In this document: piece by piece, positions 26,527 to 34,481 of the stretch | Position numbering within the stretch: the stretch's first letter is position 1 | How the letters are laid out: every line of letters begins with the position of its first letter | Assembly (NCBI GenBank): GCA_903840185.1 | Contig: CAIMFA010000686.1 | Location: forward strand, 1-37,639 | Source: an uncultured Lentisphaeria bacterium | GTDB taxonomy: Bacteria; Verrucomicrobiota; Lentisphaeria; Victivallales; Victivallaceae | Direction: 5' to 3' | Length of the DNA: 37,639 nucleotides | Made by a program: the position numbers and the translations under genes | The notes under the pieces: generated by a model | The model's input: the letters and a program-made list of their open reading frames with translations, nothing else | What the model was told of the DNA's origin: nothing | Database searches by the model: none

Positions 26527-26626
26527 TAAGGCGGACTTCGCCCGCAACCCAAAAGACAGGAAATTCAGGAGTCAGAATTCAGGAGTCAGAATAAAATTTA
26601 TAATTTAAAACCTGAAATATGAAACC
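26527..26626 (+). repeat. 100-nt intergenic repeat family, copy A (contains TCAGGAG/TCAGAAT heptamer tandem at 26565-26592)
   Basis: In an ungapped alignment with the reverse complement of 35993-36092, 81 of 100 positions are identical by my hand count (61 of the first 71). It points toward the Nudix gene, whose ATG is at 26703. Confidence 0.8.
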
Positions 26627-26702
26627 AGTAGTCAATATTTAAAAACGTTTAAAACATGGAAAACTAAAGCAAAGACACGAAAAGATTGTTAACTTAAGGA
26701 GC

Positions 26703-27116
26703 ATGATCTTGAATAAAATAATACAGCAGGCAGGTGCGATCCCCTTTATTTTCGATAAAGAATTGAAAGTTATGATCATCACCTCCAAAGCATTTCCGGA
26801 CCGCTGGGTGCTGCCGAAAGGGCACATTGAGGAAAACCATTCCCCGCAGGAAACTGCCGTTCGTGAAGCGTTTGAAGAAGCCGGAATCCACGGCGTCGTT
26901 TCGGATATCCCGGTCGGAGCTTACGACTATCACAAGTTCAATCGCAACTACCATGTTTTGATATATATGCTGAAGATAACTGAAACGCTTGACAGCTGGC
27001 CGGAGCAGACGTTCAGAAAGCGTCAGCTGCTGCCGCTGAAGCAGGCGCTGGCAGTCCTTAGCGATGCCAATGTCAGAGAGATTGTTACAGCCGCCGCCGA
27101 TTTGTATTCCGTTTAA
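26703..27116 (+). CDS. Nudix hydrolase (DIPP/Ap-n-A hydrolase-like)
   Basis: 137 aa. Nudix box GHIEENHSPQETAVREAFEEAGI (REAFEEAGI core). AAGGAG lies directly upstream of the ATG. Confidence 0.85.
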   Translation: MILNKIIQQAGAIPFIFDKELKVMIITSKAFPDRWVLPKGHIEENHSPQETAVREAFEEAGIHGVVSDIPVGAYDYHKFNRNYHVLIYMLKITETLDSWPEQTFRKRQLLPLKQALAVLSDANVREIVTAAADLYSV

Positions 27117-27179
27117 CTTGAAAGTATTTTAGATATAGTGAATTTTGCGTTCCTGTATTCCGGTTAATGAGGTCTCGAA

Positions 27180-28748
27180 ATGGCGATTGACACTAAAAAA
27201 AATCTTCGGGAAGTCAGATTTCTGCTTGCTCCGGAAAGAACGGATATTGCCGGCATGATAGCGGTGATCGCCGCCGGGTTCAGCGTCAATAAAGCAAGTG
27301 AAGAATGTGAACAGCAAACCTTTTTTGATTCTTATGACCGGCGTCTCCTCAACAAAGGTTTTATTCTGGCTAAATGTGGACGTCTTTATAATTTGACCAG
27401 CCTCGCGGACGATTCACTTCAGTCATCAATCGTCTGGAATAAAAAACATGAATTGAAGCACGGTGATGATATTTCAAAGACTGAATTAAGCAAAAAACTG
27501 TCGCGGATACTTGGCAACCGGGCGGTTATTCCACTGCTTGCGCTGGATGTCCGCAACCGCAGCTTCACTCTGGTGTCAAAAGCAAAACAGACCGTCATTC
27601 TGACTTTCAGTGAATACTCGCTCCCCGGCAGACCGGATTCTGCGCTGCCTGCAATCATCAGCCTGCAATCATCCCAGGCCGGCAAAAAGCAGCTAAGGGC
27701 AATGTGCTCATCCGTTGCGCCGGATATTCTGCGCGAAGCAGGCGGCATCTGGAAAACGTTAATTGATGCGGCGCTGAAAGCCGCCGGAATCGAATTTATT
27801 CCAACCGAAACGGCCGCGCAGAAATTTCCGCTGGATGCAACCATCAAGTCGGCGGCAATCTCCATTCTTAAAACACAGCTGGATATTCTCAGATATAATG
27901 AAAAAGGCGTCATCGCCGACATTGATTCTGAATGTCTGCATGATTTACGGGTGGCACTGAGAAAAATGCGCGTGGCGCTGAGCGAACTGAAAGAGGTCTT
28001 CCCGGAAGACAGGATCGCGCCTTTCGTGCATAAATTTGATGAACTGGGCAGCATTACCAACCAGCTCCGGGATTACGACGTTTTTATGGGTCGGAAGGAA
28101 CATTTTTTAAAAATATTATCCTCCGGTATGCGTCCCGCGCTGCTCAACTTTTTTAAAACCCTGCGCCAGCGGCGGCATCGTCAGTATCTCGCGCTGGTTG
28201 CCATAATCAATTCAAAGCAATATTTGTCCACCATAACCGCCTGGGAAAAATTCCTGCATGGCGCGGACAAGCTTCCGGCAACTGAAAAATCCGGAACTGC
28301 GGTACTGCCGGGAATCGCCGCAATTATTCTGAACAGGCTGGAAAAAGTCATTGACAAAGGCCTCGCCGTGAAAACGGATTCTCCGGATGCGGTTTTACAT
28401 AAAGTGCGGATTCAATGCAAAAAACTGCGCTACCTGCTGGATTTCTTCTGCTCAGAACTTCCGGGCGGCAAAACCGCCAGGGTGATCAAAGATTTGAAAA
28501 AGATCCAAACGGTACTCGGTGACTTCAATGATCTTTCAGTTCAAATCAGAAATATGGAGGAACGGCTCCACAAGCTGACCCCCGGCAGGACAGCAATAGA
28601 AAATGCCGCCATATTCGGTGCCATCATCGCCGCCATGTCAAAAGAGAAAGCTGCGATACAAGCTCAATTCAAAAAAGCGTTCAGTAAATTCAGCAGTCAG
28701 GAAACAATAACCCCGCTGAAATCTTTTCTAACTAAATCCCGTCCATAA
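27180..28748 (+). CDS. CHAD domain protein with an N-terminal CYTH-like region
   Basis: 522 aa. CHAD-type helical His/Arg motifs LHDLRVALRKMRVAL and LHKVRIQCKKLRYLLDFF. The N-terminal ~200 aa are positioned like a CYTH domain, but the ExExK motif is not evident (REVRF). Confidence 0.75.
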   Translation: MAIDTKKNLREVRFLLAPERTDIAGMIAVIAAGFSVNKASEECEQQTFFDSYDRRLLNKGFILAKCGRLYNLTSLADDSLQSSIVWNKKHELKHGDDISKTELSKKLSRILGNRAVIPLLALDVRNRSFTLVSKAKQTVILTFSEYSLPGRPDSALPAIISLQSSQAGKKQLRAMCSSVAPDILREAGGIWKTLIDAALKAAGIEFIPTETAAQKFPLDATIKSAAISILKTQLDILRYNEKGVIADIDSECLHDLRVALRKMRVALSELKEVFPEDRIAPFVHKFDELGSITNQLRDYDVFMGRKEHFLKILSSGMRPALLNFFKTLRQRRHRQYLALVAIINSKQYLSTITAWEKFLHGADKLPATEKSGTAVLPGIAAIILNRLEKVIDKGLAVKTDSPDAVLHKVRIQCKKLRYLLDFFCSELPGGKTARVIKDLKKIQTVLGDFNDLSVQIRNMEERLHKLTPGRTAIENAAIFGAIIAAMSKEKAAIQAQFKKAFSKFSSQETITPLKSFLTKSRP

Positions 28749-28846
28749 CGCAAGCATGAGTTGTATTCAAAATCGCGAAGTATTCGCAAATCTATGATTT
28801 TCAAGGTTAATTTTCTTCCGGCTTTCTCCGGTCGCATATTAGAAAA

Positions 28847-31765
28847 ATGGCCGAATCGGGAGTAATATGTAAATCTGTATTTGTAATAAATCCGGGATTT
28901 TATGTGATGAGCAATGTATTTAAATTGAAATGTGAGAAATGTCACAGGGAATATGACGCTGACGCCATCGATCCAGGCAATATGCCGGAATGTGAATGCG
29001 GCGGAGCGATTCAGGCCGTCGGACAGCTTGTATTCTGCTGCGATGCCTGCAATACGGAAAGTGACCCGGTCGCCGTTTCACTGAAAGACCCGGTGCTCTG
29101 CCCGTCATGCGGCATGTCAATGCCGGTAATTAGTCAGGTTTTTGATGATATTCCGGCAGTGCCCGTCAAATCTCCGGAACAGCCTGCAAGCTCACCGGAT
29201 AAAACCATCGGACTGGCGATTGACCGGAAAAGCAAAAATGACGGAACTGTTAAAAATAGTTCTTTAAAGATGGCGCAATCTGCTAAAGCGGCATCACATG
29301 AAGATAAAACCGTGATTTTGACGGATGCCTCAATTGAGGAACTTGGCCAGCATTCCGCTGCCAGAAGCAGCAAAAACAGTGGAGGCAAAAATTCAATTTT
29401 CGGCAAATACCAGATATTGAATGAAATCGCCCGCGGCGGCATGGGGATTGTTTACAAAATTTATGATCCGCATCTGAAGCGTGAACTGGCGTTGAAGTTG
29501 ATGATCCAGGGTGAGGGCGCTACCGAAATGGCAATCAAGCGTTTTCTGCTGGAAGCCAGGGCCGCCGGCAACTTGAAGCATCCGAATATCATTGCAGTAC
29601 ATGAAATGGGTGAACTTGACGGACAGTTTTACTTCACCATGGATTTTATTGATGGCAGCTCTTTTCAGGATATCTTTCAATCCAGTCAGAAAATGCCGGA
29701 AAAGGTGTTTGTCCAGCACATGGCCGCTGTCTGTTCCGCGCTGCAGGCGGCGCATGACCGGGGAATCATTCACCGCGATTTGAAACCGGCGAACATCATG
29801 CTGGAAAAGCAGACCGGGCGCGTGGTGCTGATGGACTTCGGGCTGGCCAAGGATACTTCCAGCATGTCGATTCAGTCCATTACCGGCGCAGTTTTCGGTT
29901 CGCCTGCTTACATGAGTCCGGAACAGGCGCAAGGGCAGACGCACTCGATTGACAGCCGCTGCGATATTTACAGCATGGGGGTAATCCTTTATGAAGGCTT
30001 GACCGGCAAAAAGCCGTTTCACGGCGAAACCGCGTTTGAGACGATCAGCATGGTCGTCAATACCGAGCCTGTCCGTCCGCAGACTATCGCGCCCGGCGCA
30101 GTGTCGAAGGACATGGAAAATATAATTCTGAAGTGCCTGGAAAAAGATCCTGACCGCAGATATCAGAATATCATTGATCTCCGGGCCGACCTGCTGGCTT
30201 ATCTTAAAGGCGATCCGGTTTCGGCGCGGCCGATTCCGCCTCACATGCGTATCTGGCGTAAAATCCGGCGCAAACCGGCGGTTCTCGGAACTGTGCTGGC
30301 GTCGCTGCTGGTAGTCGCCGCAATAATTGCCGGATGGCTGATTTTCAGCAGTCCGTCATATCTGGAAATCGCCGATGACGCGGTAAAAAGCGGAGATACA
30401 ATCCGTCAAATTGGAGCCGTTAAAGATCTCTCCATTCGTCTGGAACAGCAAAAGATCAAAAAGCCGGAACAACGTGAAAAGGCTTTTAATTTATTCCGCA
30501 AATGTTATTCCGGCAGTCCTGAAGCCGCCGCCGCCGCCATCGGGGCTTCGGTTAAATTCAGCGATGAAAAAGCCATTCCTGATCTGCTGGCAATAGCGGT
30601 TAATCCTGCTGCGACGGATGCAAACAAAGCGGCGGCGGTCACCGCCGCCGGAATCATTGAAAGCGTCAAAAAAACCGGCATTCAGGAATATTCCGGCAGA
30701 ATAGCAGAAATTGCCGCGGACCCGTTGGCGCCGGTTCCCGTCAGGATTGCGGCCGTGAAAGCATTGAAGTTCTTCATCGGCGCCACCGTAACTCCCGCGC
30801 TCCTCAGTATTGCCGAAAACCGCAAACTTGCGCCTCCGCTCCGGATTGCCGCGATAGAAGTATTGAGTGAAAGAGTTTCACTGATCAATCCGGGAATGAA
30901 AAATATCATCGGTCTGTATGCGGATGAGAACCGCGAGGTTGCCCAGGCGGCGGCCAAAGCTTTAACCAGAATCCGTGAACCCAGCCAGGTGTTGAGTTTC
31001 TACGGAATAAAAGAAGTCGTCGGCAGAGCTTATGCCAAAATTGCGGATATCAAGCTGAAAGAAGCCGAGCGGAACAAAGTCATGATGGACCTGATTAACG
31101 ACACGCCGGATTCCAGCCGGCAGAAAGCAGACACCCCGCTGGAAGCCATGCTGAAGAAGCTTAAATCGCATGACGCAGGAGAAAGATCCGCCGCCGCATA
31201 CGATCTGGGACAGCTTGGCGAAGGCGGTGCGGTGCCGGAGCTGGTCAAATGTCTGACGGACAGGGAGAATGACGTGCGCCGGGTTTCAGCCCGCTCAATA
31301 GTATTGCTTGCTCAGAAACAGGCCCCGGATTTGACATATATTCGCGATCTGATGCACGATCCGGAATCGCTGATCCGCGAGCAGGCGGTTTATATCCTGG
31401 GCGAACTGCAGGATAAGAAATCGGTTCCGGATCTAATCGCGCTGGCCCGGCAGGAAGAGAGTGCGCGGGTACAGACTGAACTGGCAAAGGCGCTGGCCCG
31501 TACAGGCGACGCTTCCGCCATTCCCGCGCTGGAGGAGATTTTCAACCGCAGCCGGGAAAACAGCGCATCCGCCGCGCTGACCAGCCTGAAAGCAATGTCC
31601 AAATTTGAAAAACCGGCCATCCCGTTTCTGATAAATTCACTGGATACCAAAGACCGCGAATTGAACTCGGCGGCGGCAGCATATCTCAAGGAGATCACCG
31701 GCGAGGATTTCGGCAGCGATAAACAGAAATGGACGGAATGGCTGAAAAAACAGAAACAGGAATAA
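28847..31765 (+). CDS. Ser/Thr protein kinase with N-terminal double zinc ribbon, one TM helix and C-terminal HEAT repeats
   Basis: 972-aa ORF; an alternative start at 28907 (MSNVFKLKCEKC) is plausible. Cys pairs CEKC..CEC and CDAC..CPSC. Kinase motifs ARGGMGIVY, LALK, HRDLKPANIM, DFGLA, SPAYMSPEQ. TM helix AVLGTVLASLLVVAAIIAGWLIF. HEAT-like repeats include AVPELVKCLTDRENDVRRVSA. Confidence 0.9.
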   Translation: MAESGVICKSVFVINPGFYVMSNVFKLKCEKCHREYDADAIDPGNMPECECGGAIQAVGQLVFCCDACNTESDPVAVSLKDPVLCPSCGMSMPVISQVFDDIPAVPVKSPEQPASSPDKTIGLAIDRKSKNDGTVKNSSLKMAQSAKAASHEDKTVILTDASIEELGQHSAARSSKNSGGKNSIFGKYQILNEIARGGMGIVYKIYDPHLKRELALKLMIQGEGATEMAIKRFLLEARAAGNLKHPNIIAVHEMGELDGQFYFTMDFIDGSSFQDIFQSSQKMPEKVFVQHMAAVCSALQAAHDRGIIHRDLKPANIMLEKQTGRVVLMDFGLAKDTSSMSIQSITGAVFGSPAYMSPEQAQGQTHSIDSRCDIYSMGVILYEGLTGKKPFHGETAFETISMVVNTEPVRPQTIAPGAVSKDMENIILKCLEKDPDRRYQNIIDLRADLLAYLKGDPVSARPIPPHMRIWRKIRRKPAVLGTVLASLLVVAAIIAGWLIFSSPSYLEIADDAVKSGDTIRQIGAVKDLSIRLEQQKIKKPEQREKAFNLFRKCYSGSPEAAAAAIGASVKFSDEKAIPDLLAIAVNPAATDANKAAAVTAAGIIESVKKTGIQEYSGRIAEIAADPLAPVPVRIAAVKALKFFIGATVTPALLSIAENRKLAPPLRIAAIEVLSERVSLINPGMKNIIGLYADENREVAQAAAKALTRIREPSQVLSFYGIKEVVGRAYAKIADIKLKEAERNKVMMDLINDTPDSSRQKADTPLEAMLKKLKSHDAGERSAAAYDLGQLGEGGAVPELVKCLTDRENDVRRVSARSIVLLAQKQAPDLTYIRDLMHDPESLIREQAVYILGELQDKKSVPDLIALARQEESARVQTELAKALARTGDASAIPALEEIFNRSRENSASAALTSLKAMSKFEKPAIPFLINSLDTKDRELNSAAAAYLKEITGEDFGSDKQKWTEWLKKQKQE

Positions 31766-32460
31766 TGAATAAAGAACCGTCACAAATAGTATACGGACTG
31801 GTAGACGGTCTGGCCGTTCTTCAGGAGATGGCCATGAGCCCGGAGCCGGTTTCCGGTCTGGCTGTCGCCAGAAAGCTTGACCTCAGCCCGATCCGCGTTA
31901 ACCGGCTGTTGAAAACGCTGGCATACCTGGGACTGGCTTACCGTACGTCATCCAGACGCTACGCCGTCGGCGCCGGCATGCACGTTATTGCAGCGCAGAG
32001 CATGGCGGCATCAGGACTTTTGAGCAGGTCATTCATCCATCTTGACCGGCTGGCCAAACACGGATATCTGGTCGCGCTCGGAGTGCTGTGGAAAGATAAA
32101 GTCTGCTACCTCTATTATAATTCAGGCGGCATGCCCGTTGAAAACGGTCTGGGCGGCATGACGCTTTATCCCGCGCTGGAGTCCAGCATCGGCATGTCGC
32201 TGCTGGCCGAACTGCCGGAAGAAGATGTCAAAGCTTTGTTTCATGAACAGGCGGATGAAGAACTTTTCCGGAAACTCGACGAGATCAGAAAGAAAAAACT
32301 GGCTATGGTAAAGCATAAAAATCACCTGAGTCTGGCGGTAAATATCGGCAGTCCGGCATATGCGGCAATCGCCATCTCCGGATTTAAAACCTCCGGAGGG
32401 ATGGAAAAGTTTATAAAGCTTTTAAGAGAAGCCGCAAAAGCAATAGAGAAGACGAAATGA
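31765..32460 (+). CDS. IclR-like transcriptional regulator
   Basis: The ATG at 31765 overlaps the kinase stop (TAATG) and gives MNKEPSQIVYGLVDGLAVLQEMA..VSGLAVARKLDLSPIRVNRLLKTLAYLGLA, a winged-helix region, plus a small effector-like domain. The ORF track lists a longer 31729 start. Confidence 0.65.
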   Translation: MNKEPSQIVYGLVDGLAVLQEMAMSPEPVSGLAVARKLDLSPIRVNRLLKTLAYLGLAYRTSSRRYAVGAGMHVIAAQSMAASGLLSRSFIHLDRLAKHGYLVALGVLWKDKVCYLYYNSGGMPVENGLGGMTLYPALESSIGMSLLAELPEEDVKALFHEQADEELFRKLDEIRKKKLAMVKHKNHLSLAVNIGSPAYAAIAISGFKTSGGMEKFIKLLREAAKAIEKTK

Positions 32461-32666
32461 AATTCATCCATGGCTTTTGATTGCTGGAAAATAGCGGTTA
32501 AATAGTAATTTTTAAACAAATTTCTAATTAATTATGCATTTTTGATAAAAAAAGAGAAGCATCATTTGATTTTTTGTGCTAAAATATAATAATGATGATA
32601 AGAATATTTTTATGATCCTCTGGCTGCTGCTATGATTTTACGGATTTAAAATATGGAAATGGCCTT

Positions 32667-34037
32667 ATGAAAAGACTGATGTATATTGATTTAAAGTGTT
32701 ATCTGCTTGCGCTGGCGGGATTTTTTTCTGCCGTTCAGGTATCTGCGGTAACGATTCAAACCACTGATGTTGACAAAGACGGCACCCCTGATTATGTGAT
32801 TGCTAACAAGTATTATACGGCCGTCATCATAAATCCTGGAGCGAAATCTCTGGATCTGTCTGCTCCCGGCGTATCCAGAGGCGGATGGTTCAAAGATATC
32901 GTTCCCGCCGGCAGCGAAAAAGGGCTTCTTGCCAGCGAAAACGGAGTTAAATTCGGACTTACTCAGGTTTTAGGGCCGATGACTTTCACTTCTCCAGAAC
33001 AGGCCGCCAAAACCGAGGAGCCCGGCGCGGCGAAAGAAACTCCGGCCGAGCCTCCTAAAGAGTCCACCGAGCCTCCTGCTCCCGCCGCTGCGTCACAGCC
33101 GTGGCAGAGCAATGTAGAGAAGAAAGACAACGATACCGAGGTCATCGTATCTTTTTCTCAGGACGTTCAGGTTTCAAAAGAGCGATCTTACAAGCTTCGC
33201 ATTGATACCAAGTTTGGCGATACCTCAAAGATTACCATCAAAGGAGTATTGTTTAACAACAGCAAGGAGATTTTAACAACTACAGTCACCCCGCGCCCGT
33301 TCTTCAATATAGCTTTTGAGGCGCTGGTGCCGAAATCATGGATATCCATCCCGATTAAAAGATCTTTCAACGTCGGTGACAAAAAGATAGTCTCTATTAA
33401 CTCTGAGCCGATTCCAATCAGCAAAATGATGAAATATACCGAGTATAACGAAGACCGTTTTTCTAAAGCGGAACGCTGGGTTTCCGCCGGCAGCATCGGC
33501 GAAAACGGAGTTTTCGCAATCCTGACTAAAAGTCCTATATCCAAAATTGCTTTCTGGAAGGACAATGACAGTTTCGGCATTGAGCCGACCATCAAAATCG
33601 AAGTGCAGCCGGAACAGCGTGTCGAATGGGAATGGACCATTCTTTTCGGAAAAGGTTTGGAATCTGTATCTAAAGTCACCGACGCAGGAATTTATTCAGT
33701 AAGAAATGTGGATGTTAAAGATACCACCGAAGTAATTATTGACTATCTGCCGTCCAAAGACATGGACGGTATTTCTCTTGACTTGACCTTGAACTCGCCC
33801 GAAGGCAAGATGATCATGAACAAGAACAAGGAATTTGCCGGAATTTCACCGCTGAAACCGGGTTCGGTCAAGCTGAATCTGCCGGCGGATATGAAAAACA
33901 AGCGGTATCTGCTGAAGTTTGAATTTTTCACGAACGATGTCGCAATGGATCAATTTACCCACTGGCTGAATCCGCCCTTGAAGGCGGGGGCGGCACCATC
34001 TGCCGTAGCGGCACCTGCTTCACCTGCGGCAGAATAG
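32667..34037 (+). CDS. Secreted hypothetical protein with an internal Pro/Ala/Glu-rich linker
   Basis: 456 aa with signal peptide ..LLALAGFFSAVQVSA. Low-complexity insert EEPGAAKETPAEPPKESTEPPAPAAAS and an Ala/Pro-rich C-terminus. The upstream region is AT-rich with TGCTAAAAT (32577-32585) as a possible extended -10. Confidence 0.6.
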   Translation: MKRLMYIDLKCYLLALAGFFSAVQVSAVTIQTTDVDKDGTPDYVIANKYYTAVIINPGAKSLDLSAPGVSRGGWFKDIVPAGSEKGLLASENGVKFGLTQVLGPMTFTSPEQAAKTEEPGAAKETPAEPPKESTEPPAPAAASQPWQSNVEKKDNDTEVIVSFSQDVQVSKERSYKLRIDTKFGDTSKITIKGVLFNNSKEILTTTVTPRPFFNIAFEALVPKSWISIPIKRSFNVGDKKIVSINSEPIPISKMMKYTEYNEDRFSKAERWVSAGSIGENGVFAILTKSPISKIAFWKDNDSFGIEPTIKIEVQPEQRVEWEWTILFGKGLESVSKVTDAGIYSVRNVDVKDTTEVIIDYLPSKDMDGISLDLTLNSPEGKMIMNKNKEFAGISPLKPGSVKLNLPADMKNKRYLLKFEFFTNDVAMDQFTHWLNPPLKAGAAPSAVAAPASPAAE

Positions 34038-34217
34038 AAAACCATACTTTATAGTTTTCTTCTGAATACAGACTTTATCTCTTTACGGCTTCTTTTTGCA
34101 TTTAGTCCAATTCCGGGTTATATTACTGATATGGAATTGAATATGGAGAATTTATCAGGATGTCCATATCCGGTCCATTCGTATAAGAAATGTTGATATT
34201 TATGGAAGAAATGGAAA

Positions 34218-34481
34218 ATGGCGAATAAAGACCTTACAGAGATCAGAGTAAGAAATGTGATGAACCAGATCCCGAAAAGCGCGATGGCGAAACGGGAGAG
34301 CAAGGTACGGAATACGGTCAGATCAACGCTGTCCTCCATGAAAACCGTCCTCGGCCAGCTGAAGGCGGGTAATATGAATAAACTGCGGAGCGAAAAGCGC
34401 CGCAAGAAAATTACCGTGATCACTATTCTTACAATCGTGGTTATACTTATTGTAATCGCGGCAAGAATAATCTTTCATTAA
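34218..34481 (+). CDS. Small tail-anchored membrane protein (hypothetical)
   Basis: 87 aa: a basic, hydrophilic N-terminal ~60 aa, then a single C-terminal TM (ITVITILTIVVILIVIAARIIF). Preferred over the overlapping minus-strand ORF 34118..34423 on composition grounds only. Confidence 0.45.
   Translation: MANKDLTEIRVRNVMNQIPKSAMAKRESKVRNTVRSTLSSMKTVLGQLKAGNMNKLRSEKRRKKITVITILTIVVILIVIAARIIFH

Noticed and set aside
34118-34423. Minus-strand 101-aa ORF overlapping the 87-aa plus-strand ORF
   Set aside because: Only one of the two can plausibly be real. The plus-strand product has a coherent basic-head plus single-TM-tail architecture. The minus-strand product is Phe/Leu/Ser/Arg-rich mirror-frame sequence. 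The choice remains low-confidence.
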